64,000 nt of DNA from Gemmatales bacterium (GCA_041640595.1 JBEPZY010000001.1:544001-608000); one strand, 5' to 3'; numbered from the stretch's first letter, positions 21,801 to 31,162 are shown. Notes: generated by a model not told the origin, from the letters alone. Made by a program: numbers and translations.

Positions 21801-22418
21801 CACCGTTGTCGCACTGTGCCGGCGCCTTCGTTCGTCGCTGCCACAAAGCCCACTCTCTCCGCTGTCGAACGAGGTCTGTTGACGCATCGGTTTTTGCGGC
21901 ATTTGCAACTGACTGGTCGGCCAGTTCATCAGGTCGAGGAACTTCAGCGCCAACTCCGAGTCATGCAGGAGCAGGGCATCTTTAGCGAGCCGGAACTGGC
22001 AGGCGTGGACCTGGAAGCGGTCGCTGCTTTCTTTGCCCGACCGTTGGGCCAACGGCTGGTCAAGGCCTCGCGTTTTCGGCGGGAAATTCCTTTCAGCCTG
22101 GTGGTTCCCGCCATTGCCATGCCCGAATTGGGAAAACTTATCTCCGTTTCGGCCAAAGAATCCGAAACGCTCTCCGAGGAAAAAATCCTTGTTCAAGGCA
22201 TCATGGACGCGCTTTTTTGGGAACGGGGTACCAGTGGGCCGGTTTTGCTTGACTATAAAACGGACGTCCTTGCTCCAGATCAAGTGATTCAGGCAGCTGA
22301 GAGCTATCGGCCGCAATTATCGCTATATGCCCGAGCGGTTCACGAGGCTTTAGGAGAAATATGCCGCGAAATCTGGGCAGTCTTCCTGACGGCCCGGCAG
22401 GATATTCGCTTGCTGTGA
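18888..22418 (+). CDS. addA: ATP-dependent helicase/nuclease subunit A (AddA)
   Basis: ATG at 18888 overlaps the addB stop (ATGA). SASAGTGKT, DEYQD, VGDVKQSIYGFR, NFRS, SIHQSKGLEF, LLYVAMTRA; C-terminal QGIMD...LLDYKTD nuclease. Confidence 0.94.
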   Translation: MIELTPEQRMAVYLDCPRLLVSASAGTGKTQVLTQRYLRLVLERQVEVGQIVAVTFTEAAAAEMRSRIGQALRSRLQSPGAGIQADWLRRQLLLLERAPICTLHSFCLRMVREFFFLLDLDPDFSVLDAAEAAVLKADVLEDTLERWFEQCPDGVDDEAFHRLVDEYGGLLAGEHLSHLLLELDAFLNTLPDAQAWWDDVVSLHEKPDPLSAKTERLRLIWKTIPAEQHQEAIEELRQLAPLVRVLRALHAEFAETYWKRKLQRACVDFDDLEKLAWKLLREHPRIRDELRHRYRHILVDEYQDINPLQNAILECLHGNDPHNQWFMVGDVKQSIYGFRLACPALFQEKVLRYLRVSPSPEASSPAQCDLPQLLDKDLPGIRVALTKNFRSRRTVLDTINAVFEQIAAGGAFGMQYDESEQLHYASEYYESAGESSHEEPVSLHLVPGAAEEQNESEGDEASANPWRVWERLENEATVAADLIRQWVGQRLIWDVEKRQFRPAEFRDIAILMRAVQGKAGTVVRALRQNGIPVHAELRSGFWEALEVRDMLAVLELLRNPLDDVPLAAVLRSPLVGLSAAELAEIRLGQRDGPFYVAVHRYAHHESGPVAERLRTFLGQLQMWRERACRQSIARLLWDIYRETGYLAFVQGLPDGAARYANLIALHDRARQFEAGSGGDVARFLHYLERLRQQEQDFGTASVSVPAENVVRLMSIHQSKGLEFPIVLILDIGSQFNEESLRGSLLFHRDLLLGARVQDERGVYRWPSRLYEQIQAQLRRDLLAEELRLLYVAMTRARECLALIGTQTRSTQASKSRTKTASNAAKRTATDTGNSNQSDGNVDSEKLPPPEKLRSHLEWVLPVFKRLSTQLSTLALREWNSLELAEMRQRLSASWAVKADGETVTDANPDLPSEATRMTETDAARLANETLRRVTWQYPYLAATRLPGKTSPTRWRLWLQLDPETVTWPQVVHRCRTVPAPSFVAATKPTLSAVERGLLTHRFLRHLQLTGRPVHQVEELQRQLRVMQEQGIFSEPELAGVDLEAVAAFFARPLGQRLVKASRFRREIPFSLVVPAIAMPELGKLISVSAKESETLSEEKILVQGIMDALFWERGTSGPVLLDYKTDVLAPDQVIQAAESYRPQLSLYARAVHEALGEICREIWAVFLTARQDIRLL

Positions 22419-22478
22419 AGCTTCCGGCGTAGGTGAACAATACCACTTGCCGACATACGCAAAGATTGGAAAATCGCC

Positions 22479-23171
22479 GTGTTTGCCGCACTGACAGCTC
22501 TAGCGATGACCGCCGCTACTGGTTTGTTGTGCGCTATGAGCCTGGCGGCTCGGGATAGCCATCCTGCAGCGGTACTGGTTTGGTTCGCGGTCGGGAGTAC
22601 CGGTGGGTTGTGCGGCGGTGTGGCATTCGCCTGGTTGGTTGCCCAGCTGAGGCAATTCACCGCTCCTCACCGCGGACAAAGGCGACCGGTTACTGGACAG
22701 ACATCTGGTTCGGTTAAGCGTCCCGATACAGCCGTCACCGAGACCGCGCTCAATCCAGGCAACTCCCTGACGGACGCTTCTCGAATGCCCGCGTGGAACG
22801 GTGAAAGCGACGATGGGAAACGTGTCCCATGGGAAGTATTAGCTGCCTGGGCGGATACAGGCTGGACGCTGGGATTAGCCGCGGTCATTGCATTAGATGC
22901 AAACGATTGGCTTACCTCGGATGACGCCTACATCTATTCGGCCATACTGCCGGTAGCAGCGGCTGGTGTTGCTGTTGCCTGGGGCGTCTTGAAGATGCGT
23001 CGCCGAGGGTTATGCCTTTCACCCGGGCGTACCGCTCTGGCTTTGGTCTGCGGATTGCTGACCGGCATGCTAGTAATAGCCGGCTGGGCTGGTCTGGGCG
23101 ATTTGATGCGTGGCATGCTGGCGGTAGTTGTCGGCGTTCATCTGGCAGTAACTTTCGCCACTATTGCGTAA
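22479..23171 (+). CDS. Hypothetical membrane protein
   Basis: About six hydrophobic segments with a polar loop; fills the gap between addA and the DoxX gene; no family recognised. Confidence 0.5.
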   Translation: MFAALTALAMTAATGLLCAMSLAARDSHPAAVLVWFAVGSTGGLCGGVAFAWLVAQLRQFTAPHRGQRRPVTGQTSGSVKRPDTAVTETALNPGNSLTDASRMPAWNGESDDGKRVPWEVLAAWADTGWTLGLAAVIALDANDWLTSDDAYIYSAILPVAAAGVAVAWGVLKMRRRGLCLSPGRTALALVCGLLTGMLVIAGWAGLGDLMRGMLAVVVGVHLAVTFATIA

Positions 23172-23380
23172 TGGTTTATCGAAACACGACCCGGCGACTT
23201 TAGCGCACTGTGAAGTGAGCCAGTAGAAACACCGGCCGGGTTCACGAAGGTGGTCGGCTTGGGCAACCACTAATCTACGGCGTGTCGGCATCTGGAAGGA
23301 AATCACTGCTCCGGGCCAGCCTCCTTCACCGCTGGCACAACCGTGCCTTTTTCACCGCTGCTGTCGCATAGTGGGAACCA

Positions 23381-24538
23381 ATGTCATTCACCTTGACCGC
23401 TGGCACGATCCTGGCCGCATTCTACAATAGCAATGCCATGAACGCGAGCTTGCGAACTTTGCTGGTACTGTTGCGACTGGCCATCGGCTGGCATTTGCTG
23501 GTCGAAGGTTACGTGAAGCTCCATTCTATCTGGACTGGGCCGACCGACTCGAAACAGCCCTTTACCAGCCGATCCTATTTGCAGCAATCCCACGGGCCTT
23601 TCAGCGGATTTTTCAAATGGCTGGCCGGGGATGATCCGGACGATTTGCTGGTGCAGCGCTTGACCCTAGAGGGAGAAGGTGAGCAGCCTCGCCTTAGCCG
23701 ACCTATGCGCACTTACTGGGAACAGTATCTGGAAAACTTTGTTCGCACGTATCAAGTGGAAGGCAAGGATGTGCTCGAATTGCGTAAAAAGCTCGAAGAG
23801 CATACCATTCAGTTGATAGGTTGGATACGTAGGGGTGAAGAGCAATGGGAAATGCCCACCGATTGGGGCCCGGTTAGAAGGAAACAGAAAGTAAAGGCCT
23901 GGCTTGACGAATATGTTCGCACGCTGTCCGAACTGCGTGAACTGGAAGGGCGAGAACGACAGTATTTTGAACACCCTGTCGGTATCGAACGAGCGAACCG
24001 CTTGCGTCGCCAGGTCGCATGGTATCGTGAGCAATTTACCACGGCCCTGAATAGTCGGACCCAGGATTTGTTGCGAGCGTGGCGAGAGATACTGCCTCCG
24101 GAAAAACGCAGTACTCGCTCGGCCGTGACTATTCCTGAGCCGGTTACCAATCCCGTATGGCTGGGCCGACCGGTAATCTGGTGGGTAGATCGAGCTACTG
24201 CCTGGGGCCTGACTGTTTCCGGGTTGCTTTTGCTCTTTGGCCTATGGAGTCGCCTGGGGGCATGGCTCGGTGCCTTGCTGGTATTGATGTTCTACCTGTG
24301 CCAACCACCGTTACCCTGGGTGCCTTTACCGGAGCGAGCCGAGGGGTATTATCTCTACGTGAACAAAAACCTGATCGAGGCACTGGCTCTCGCGGTGCTT
24401 GGTGTGGTGCCCAGCGGACGATGGTTTGGTTTAGACGGACTGATTCACGCAATTTTCGGGAAACGGACGAATCAAACCGCTGCGGTAACGAGTGCAGGAA
24501 CAGCAACACCACCTGCGCAAGAGCGAACCCCAGGCTAG
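23381..24538 (+). CDS. DoxX/DoxD family membrane protein with large soluble insertion
   Basis: LLRLAIGWHLLVEGYVK at the N-terminus; GLLLLFGLWSRLG...YVNKNLIEALAL...GRWFGLDG at the C-terminus. Confidence 0.85.
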   Translation: MSFTLTAGTILAAFYNSNAMNASLRTLLVLLRLAIGWHLLVEGYVKLHSIWTGPTDSKQPFTSRSYLQQSHGPFSGFFKWLAGDDPDDLLVQRLTLEGEGEQPRLSRPMRTYWEQYLENFVRTYQVEGKDVLELRKKLEEHTIQLIGWIRRGEEQWEMPTDWGPVRRKQKVKAWLDEYVRTLSELRELEGRERQYFEHPVGIERANRLRRQVAWYREQFTTALNSRTQDLLRAWREILPPEKRSTRSAVTIPEPVTNPVWLGRPVIWWVDRATAWGLTVSGLLLLFGLWSRLGAWLGALLVLMFYLCQPPLPWVPLPERAEGYYLYVNKNLIEALALAVLGVVPSGRWFGLDGLIHAIFGKRTNQTAAVTSAGTATPPAQERTPG

Positions 24539-24623
24539 GCTCGCGGATAAATCAACAGGCCGACGTGATCCTGGGGAAAAAATAGCTGACGAGGCTAAAT
24601 AGTCCCAGACGGAGGAAATCGCA

Positions 24624-26318
24624 ATGGCGATGTATTTGTCCCCCGAAAAGCGAGAGCAGGGCCGGCAAAATTTCGCTGTCGAGGTTGGTAAGCAAGTCAA
24701 AGGGGAAATCACTCGCCGGCAGTTTATGAAAGGCCTGCTGGCTGCTGGCGCTGCGGTGCCGGTCTCGGCTGCGCTTTACTACGGGTACGACAAGTTTCAC
24801 GGCGAACCAGTGCGAGCGGCGTTGATTGGTTGCGGCGACGAAGGCGGAGTGCTGGTTGGCGAGCACAATCCGGACTACCTGCGATTCGTAGCGGTGTGCG
24901 ATATTCGTCCGTCCAATTTGAACCGGATTTTCGAAGGCGAGGAGAGAGGTCCGCGCAAGGGACTGAAGCGCAAGTATGGCAGCAACGTACGCAAAGAGGT
25001 TGAGGTTTTCACAGATTACCGTGAGATGCTGGAAAAGCGGAAGGATATCCAGGCGGTGGTGATTGCCGTTCCGCTGCACCTGCACGCCAAGATTGCCATT
25101 GACTGTATGCGAGCCGGCAAGCACGTGCTGTGCGAAAAACTCATGGCGTGGAACGTGCGGCAATGCAAGGAAATGATCCGCACCGCTCGGGAAACGGATC
25201 GCGTTCTTTCGATTGGCCATCAGCGGCATTACAGTTTGCTGTATGCCTATGCCGTCGAGTTGGTTCGCTCCGGTGCTCTGGGCGACATCAAACACATCCG
25301 GGCATTGTGGCATCGTAATAACACTTGGCCTCTGCGGGATGAACACGGAAAAATTATCAAGGATGAGAATGGTCAGATTCAGTTGCGGGACAGTTGGCGT
25401 CCTGAGATCAAGAAGGCCGACGCTGACGATGCCAAGCTTCGCGATCCGAGCTTTCTGGCTCGGCACGGCTATCGGAGCCTCGAAGAGCTGGTGCGATGGC
25501 GGCTCTACCTGCGCACGGGCGGAGGACTCATGGCCGAACTGGGCAGCCACCAGCTTGATGCGTGCAGCATCTTCCTGGGCAAAGTTCATCCGCTGGCCGT
25601 GACCGCGATAGGCGGCAAATACTTTTACCGGGACGACCGTGAAGTGGAAGACCACGTCTATTGCACATACGAGTTTCCCGGGCCTAACTACTACGAACGC
25701 GACGACCAGGGACAAATCGTTTACGAAGTTCGCGACGGTCGCCGCTTGCCGAAAGTGAAAGACCGCAATGACATCGTTGTGGTAACTTATTCCAGCATCA
25801 ACACCAATGCGTTTGAAGAATACGGCGAGTGCGTGATGGGTACCCGCGGCACGTTGATGGTGTTGCGCGAACAAGACGCGCTGTTTTATCCGGAGCCGGA
25901 TCCCTATGGCCGTGGTAGTGGTGGGCAGACGACCGTCCAGGTGACCCAGGCTGCTGCGGGCAAACCAGCGGTAGAATCTTCGGCTTCAGAACCGCGCGAA
26001 CAGTATCTGAAACAGGGGCAAGCCGTTCTCCCGCGGGAAGTCAGTCGCGGATACCGCGAGGAAATGGAACACTTTGCCTACTGCGTCAAGATGTGGGAAG
26101 ACCGGAACGTCAAACCGGAAGAGCGTCCCTGGCCTCGTTGCCACGGCGAGGTGGCTATGGCGGATGCCATCGTTGCCCTGGCCGCTAACGTAGCGATGCG
26201 CGGAGTCGAAGGGAGTGGCCCACGGCGCATCGAGTTCCAACCTGAATGGTTCGACCCGAACAATCTGGGGGCATTGCCGGACGCTCATGTGAAACAGTGG
26301 GGCCCCCCATTCGAGTAG
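24624..26318 (+). CDS. Gfo/Idh/MocA family oxidoreductase with Tat-like motif
   Basis: GGAGG RBS; ITRRQFMKG; LIGCGDEG, AVPLHLH, GKHVLCEKLM and GGGLMAELGSHQLD motifs. Confidence 0.9.
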   Translation: MAMYLSPEKREQGRQNFAVEVGKQVKGEITRRQFMKGLLAAGAAVPVSAALYYGYDKFHGEPVRAALIGCGDEGGVLVGEHNPDYLRFVAVCDIRPSNLNRIFEGEERGPRKGLKRKYGSNVRKEVEVFTDYREMLEKRKDIQAVVIAVPLHLHAKIAIDCMRAGKHVLCEKLMAWNVRQCKEMIRTARETDRVLSIGHQRHYSLLYAYAVELVRSGALGDIKHIRALWHRNNTWPLRDEHGKIIKDENGQIQLRDSWRPEIKKADADDAKLRDPSFLARHGYRSLEELVRWRLYLRTGGGLMAELGSHQLDACSIFLGKVHPLAVTAIGGKYFYRDDREVEDHVYCTYEFPGPNYYERDDQGQIVYEVRDGRRLPKVKDRNDIVVVTYSSINTNAFEEYGECVMGTRGTLMVLREQDALFYPEPDPYGRGSGGQTTVQVTQAAAGKPAVESSASEPREQYLKQGQAVLPREVSRGYREEMEHFAYCVKMWEDRNVKPEERPWPRCHGEVAMADAIVALAANVAMRGVEGSGPRRIEFQPEWFDPNNLGALPDAHVKQWGPPFE

Positions 26319-26723
26319 CAACAATTCGGCCAGCGTGTGAATGGTGTCCGCGATTGGGCATTAGGCATATCGTGAACAGTCGGCCGAACTGCTAGTGGAA
26401 CGAGCTCCGGAATAGCGACTTAGCGAAGTAGTGCGTCCGTGGCCGGGGCTGGCCATCAGCCCGAGCAAATTCGCGGGTATGTCAGGGCTGACGAGGGTGC
26501 CCACGCAAGCGAGTTGGTCTTGTAGAATATGTGGCGGTTGGTAGGAAAGAGCGGCAGGCTGGTCCGCACACCGAACCAGCTCCGATTACCGGACGACCGG
26601 CTGGCCAGCACAAATATGCCTTCTTGCAGCCAACCTGGCGCTGGCGACGCCATAGCCAATGCTCTCTTGAGAGGGGCAGGCTAATCGCCAGCTTCGACCG
26701 CATGGCAGATTGAGGCGATCAGC

Positions 26724-27299
26724 TCAACAATGACGGGATGGCCCACGATTTACGAACGAACTGAAATCATCCAAAACCATCGGGGCGTAGCTCAGCTTGG
26801 CGAGAGCGCCTGGTTTGGGACCAGGAGGTCGCAGGTTCGAATCCTGTCGCCCCGATTTGAGCTGACCCACTCCGAACGCGGGCACTCGAAATAGTCGAAA
26901 CCAGCCACTGCAAGGAACAAACGGCAATAGCTGCGGTCGGCGGAAAACAAAGCCATACATGCAAGGCGGAGCAAACCACTCCGGCAGGTTCCAGTGCAGG
27001 GCACTGTCCAATACGAATTGTTCCCGGTCGCAATATTGCAAACAGTCCACCAGTTCAACCCTACCGAGGATGCCACCACACAATTCCGCCAGCCGTCGGG
27101 CATTGTCGGGAATAGGCCACGGCACCGAGCGCGTATCCGGCTGACGGGCCGCATGAATCAATAACGCTCCGCGATACGATGTCGTCCACGTTCGGACTTC
27201 GATAGTCTTGTAGCCCAGGACCACCAGAGCGGCCCACGGTTGCTTCAGCGACAGGGCAATCGGCGCATTCTTCTGGTTACGGCGTGCGGAGCTGGGCAT
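26724..27299 (-). CDS. ASCH domain protein
   Basis: ALSLKQPWA..V..GYKTIEVR.W.T.YRGALLIHA, GGILGRVELVDC, PFVPCSG (ASCH GxKxxExR motif). The C-terminal tail overlaps tRNA-Pro antisense. Confidence 0.85.
   Translation of the reverse strand: MPSSARRNQKNAPIALSLKQPWAALVVLGYKTIEVRTWTTSYRGALLIHAARQPDTRSVPWPIPDNARRLAELCGGILGRVELVDCLQYCDREQFVLDSALHWNLPEWFAPPCMYGFVFRRPQLLPFVPCSGWFRLFRVPAFGVGQLKSGRQDSNLRPPGPKPGALAKLSYAPMVLDDFSSFVNRGPSRHC
26781..26855 (+). tRNA. tRNA-Pro (TGG); CCA not encoded
   Basis: Acceptor CGGGGCG/CGCCCCG, anticodon arm CCTGG-TTTGGGA-CCAGG, T arm GCAGG-TTCGAAT-CCTGT, discriminator A. Confidence 0.96.
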
Positions 27300-27610
27300 G
27301 ACAGAGTCCGGTTCATCCCAGGAGAGAAGTTTTTGCTGAGAATATGCGACGTAACGGATAAGACAAGTTTGCAGAGGATTCAGGCGTGAGCTAAACTTGA
27401 ACGGCTACTCTGCGACAAGCAAGCCAATACGGGACGAACGGCATGTTACGCTTGCCGTAGCTTCGGGGCCGAACCAGGCCGCTCAGGGCAACCACAACGG
27501 AAAGTGATGTCCCGGACCTGGCTTCAGGCTCGATTGCACTGAGCGCACAAGCACAACTGGACCGCGGAGCTTGGAAACTCTCCCAGCTGAGAAGAAACCC
27601 AGGAGGAAGC

Positions 27611-30600
27611 ATGCCGGTGCGCATCGAAACTGGTGCTGAGCCCATTCCCGGCTACCGCCTCCTGAACCGGATTGGCGGAGGAGGATTTGGAGAGGTCTGG
27701 CGTGCCGAGGCGCCAGGCGGTCTATTGAAGGCTATCAAGTTCGTTTATGGCGATTTGCAAATTTCCGGCGACGCCGATAGCAATCGCGCCCAGCAGGAGC
27801 TAAAAGCTCTCGCCCGTGTCCGTAAGGTACGGCACCCCTTTATCCTTTCACTCGAACGGTTTGATATTGTGGACGGGCAGTTGATCATCGTGATGGAACT
27901 GGCTGACCGCAACCTGTGGGATCGCTTTCGTGAATGTCGCAGCAAAGGATTACCTGGCATCCCGCGTTCGGAATTGCTCGGTTACATGGAAGAGGCGGCG
28001 GAAGCGCTCGACTTAATGAACATTCAATACGACCTGCAGCATCTGGACATCAAACCACAAAATCTCTTTCTCATCCACAATCACGTCAAGGTGGCCGACT
28101 TTGGCCTGGTAAAAGACCTGCAAGGCCTGGCAGCGTCGGTAACAGGCGGGGTTACGCCTGTTTATGCGGCGCCCGAAACCTTCGACGGCTGGGTGAGCCG
28201 TTACAGCGACCAGTATAGTTTGGCCATCGTGTATCAGGAACTGTTGACTGGAGTACGCCCGTTTCGTGCGAACACCACTCAGCAACTCATCCAGCTCCAT
28301 CTGACCGGTAAACCCGATCTGTCACCGTTGCCACCCGGGGATCGGCCCGTAATAGCCCGAGCGCTGGCTAAAACGCCGCACGAACGCCATCCGAGTTGCC
28401 TGGAAATGGTGCAGGCTTTGCGACAGGCCGGTGGTGAGTCTCGCCGCGTCTTGTTGCCCGGCTTCGTCGAAAACCTCGGGGACACTTCGCAGGCGGAATA
28501 CACGGCCAGCGCTGAAGAGCAGCAGCGCACCAACCCGGCTGCTCCTCTGCCTGAACAAGAGGCTGTCCCCGCCGATGCCAGCCGCACGCACGCAGTGGGA
28601 ATCGCTACGCAAGCCATGGAACGCCGCAGCGAGCGGCTAGGAAAGGGCGTGATCGTCCCGGCTTTGGTAGTGGGTGTGGGAGGCTGGGGATTGGCCGTGC
28701 TGCGACAACTGACACGGCGTCTGGCAGATCGATTTGGTTCCGTGCGGGAATTGCCACACCTGCGGTTGCTGCATCTGGATACCGATTCGGAGTCCCAGCG
28801 GGGTTGGGGTGAAGAGTTTCTTCTCCATGGTGGTGAAAGCTTGCTGATGCGGTTGCAGCGACCCGCGCGCTACCTGCGACCCAAAGATAATCTGCCCGAC
28901 ATCACCGAATGGCTCGACCCGCAGATGCTATACCGCATGCCGCGCAGTCAATTAACGGGCGGGATGCGGGCATTGGGGAGATTGGCGTTCGTCGAACACT
29001 ATCGCAATGTGCGTTCTCGCCTGCAACAGGCCTTAGAAGCCATCACGCAGCCCGATGCGTTGAACCAGGCGGTTAGTCGTTGCCAGCTGGAAATGCGTTC
29101 GGATTGGCCGCTGGTTTTTGTGGTCGCTCATCTGGGCGGTGGAACGGGAAGTGGGATGCTGCTGGATTTGGCGTATCTTGTCCGCCAGCTCTTACTGGAG
29201 CAGGGTTATTTACCGCCGCGGGTGATTGCCCTGCTTGGGTTAACGGACCCTGAAGCTGCACGGGCGTCGTTGTTACCCCTGGCCAATACTTATGCGGCCT
29301 TGAAAGAGCTGGAGTTTTTCCAGGCTGGGGGCAGGCGTTTCACGGCCCGCTACGAAGCGAAGGGCAGCGTAATCCAGGATGTTTCTCCCCCATTCACCCG
29401 GTGTTTCCTGACCAGCGCAGCAGACGAACGAAATGCGGGCGATGACGAAGCTGATGCCTCACTGAATAGCTCCACCCAGGCTGCCGATTGGCTGTATCGG
29501 GAACTTTTCACTCCCCTGGGCCGACAGGCCGAGCTGATTCGGTCTCTGGACGACTCGCCGCGTGACGGTGTCCGGGGTGTAGCGGATCCCGGCGGACTCA
29601 CTGACGGAGCTAATCAGCCAGATGAGCCGGCCCGAGCGTCAACGTTATCCCTTTTCGGCCTGGCATCGCTCGAACATCCGTGGCGGCAGATTGTTCACGG
29701 CGTGGCCACCTATTTGGCCGGACGCCTGGTGCGGCAATGGTGCGAAAGTTCAGATGAAAACGCAGTCGCCGAGCTGGAACAGCACTGGCAAACGCTGACC
29801 GAATCCCTGGGAATTACCCCGGAGACACTTCAGGTTGCTCTCGAGCAGCGAGCCGCAGAGACTCTTGGTCAGGATTTTGCCCAGGCAGTCAGTCGGACTT
29901 TGAAGGAATTGCGACAGCAACATCAGGATGCTGCTGCTTACGTCTGCGATGCGCTGGCTTGCTGGCATAACTGGCTTGGCAATCCTGACGAGTCGGCCGG
30001 ATCGTGGCGTACATTTGCGCTGGTGGAATGCTGGGAGAAGTTTCTCGAAGCAGTTTTGCAACAGGCATCGGAGGCTTTGCTCAACTGGGTCTGGCAATTT
30101 GTGGAAGTCCCTGGAGCTCGGTTACCTGCCGCAGAAAATGCACTGCGTCTGGCCATGACAAAGTGCGATTCCTGGCTCCAGGTTTTGGAAGCCCAGCAAA
30201 GCGAAGCCATAGGCAATCAACATGCCGCTGAAAAGGAGCTGGAAGAAGCTTTGCGGGAGTGGGAACGGGGCAGCCGTGTCTGGATGCTCGAACGGCGGAG
30301 CGAACATCGCCAGCTGGCGTTGTGGGAGCGTCTGCGCTCGGCTCTCGAACAACTGGCCCTGGCCCGATTTCGCCGCGTGGCTTGCGAGCAACTGGTGCGA
30401 ATGTATCTGAGCTTGCGGGGCGAGATGTCCGATCAGGTGAAAGAACTCAATTTCTGCCGCCGAAGACTCCGTCAGTTGGCCGACCAGCTCGACCAGGCAT
30501 TTCAGCAGTTGCCGCGACTACCCACCAAGCACGGTTACCTGTATCTGCGTGGGGAAAGTTTGCCGCAGGCAGTCGAGCACGCTCTGGCTGGATTGCCCGC

Positions 30601-31162
30601 GGAAATCACGCGGCAGCTGGACGAATACTTCCAGGAACGACTGCATCGCGAAGGAGCAACCCTTCAGCAATTCTGCACCGCCAGTGGCGATGCTTTGCGG
30701 CCATTGTGTGAGGCCATTGTCAGGGAGATAGAAAACTGGCTCGAAGCCAATTGGCCCACGTGCGACGTGGCCGACTTGCTGCTGCGACGGGGCAATGGTG
30801 AGCCGTCCATTCGAGCTACTATACAGCGTCTCTTCCAGCTTGCGGCTCCGTCCGCTGTGGCATCCCTGCCCGACTCAGGGCGCAGTTTCACGGTACTAGC
30901 CTTGCCCAACTCCGAAGCCGGCCGCCAACTGGCCCAGGTAGTCGGTGCGGTTTTACCGGAAGACACGGTATTTGTGGCAGGTGAGCCTCAGGAATTGATG
31001 CTGTATCGCGAATGGATGGGGGTTCGGTTCGAAGACCTGCCACAGCTGGGCCAGGAGGCTCGCCAGGCGTATGAGCAGGTTTGTTCCCTGGAGCATTTCA
31101 CGCCCCACAGTCGTCTCGACATTCCGGCTTTTCGCAACCACACGGAGGCTCTGGCCCCGTAA
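27611..31162 (+). CDS. Ser/Thr protein kinase fused to a tubulin/FtsZ-like domain and helical C-terminus
   Basis: AGGAGG RBS. Kinase IGGGGFGEVW, AIK, HLDIKPQN, DFG, YAAPE; then VGVGGWG, HLDTD, GMRALGRLAF, AHLGGGTGSGMLLDLAY, ANTYAALKEL. Confidence 0.9.
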   Translation: MPVRIETGAEPIPGYRLLNRIGGGGFGEVWRAEAPGGLLKAIKFVYGDLQISGDADSNRAQQELKALARVRKVRHPFILSLERFDIVDGQLIIVMELADRNLWDRFRECRSKGLPGIPRSELLGYMEEAAEALDLMNIQYDLQHLDIKPQNLFLIHNHVKVADFGLVKDLQGLAASVTGGVTPVYAAPETFDGWVSRYSDQYSLAIVYQELLTGVRPFRANTTQQLIQLHLTGKPDLSPLPPGDRPVIARALAKTPHERHPSCLEMVQALRQAGGESRRVLLPGFVENLGDTSQAEYTASAEEQQRTNPAAPLPEQEAVPADASRTHAVGIATQAMERRSERLGKGVIVPALVVGVGGWGLAVLRQLTRRLADRFGSVRELPHLRLLHLDTDSESQRGWGEEFLLHGGESLLMRLQRPARYLRPKDNLPDITEWLDPQMLYRMPRSQLTGGMRALGRLAFVEHYRNVRSRLQQALEAITQPDALNQAVSRCQLEMRSDWPLVFVVAHLGGGTGSGMLLDLAYLVRQLLLEQGYLPPRVIALLGLTDPEAARASLLPLANTYAALKELEFFQAGGRRFTARYEAKGSVIQDVSPPFTRCFLTSAADERNAGDDEADASLNSSTQAADWLYRELFTPLGRQAELIRSLDDSPRDGVRGVADPGGLTDGANQPDEPARASTLSLFGLASLEHPWRQIVHGVATYLAGRLVRQWCESSDENAVAELEQHWQTLTESLGITPETLQVALEQRAAETLGQDFAQAVSRTLKELRQQHQDAAAYVCDALACWHNWLGNPDESAGSWRTFALVECWEKFLEAVLQQASEALLNWVWQFVEVPGARLPAAENALRLAMTKCDSWLQVLEAQQSEAIGNQHAAEKELEEALREWERGSRVWMLERRSEHRQLALWERLRSALEQLALARFRRVACEQLVRMYLSLRGEMSDQVKELNFCRRRLRQLADQLDQAFQQLPRLPTKHGYLYLRGESLPQAVEHALAGLPAEITRQLDEYFQERLHREGATLQQFCTASGDALRPLCEAIVREIENWLEANWPTCDVADLLLRRGNGEPSIRATIQRLFQLAAPSAVASLPDSGRSFTVLALPNSEAGRQLAQVVGAVLPEDTVFVAGEPQELMLYREWMGVRFEDLPQLGQEARQAYEQVCSLEHFTPHSRLDIPAFRNHTEALAP

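Noticed and set aside
24552..25874. 440-aa minus-strand ORF
   Set aside because: Antisense shadow of the Gfo/Idh/MocA gene; no recognisable motifs.
26319..26780. Structured ncRNA upstream of tRNA-Pro
   Set aside because: Only short hairpins and a TAGAAT at 26523; no SRP, tmRNA, RNase P or 6S hallmark; likely promoter/leader.
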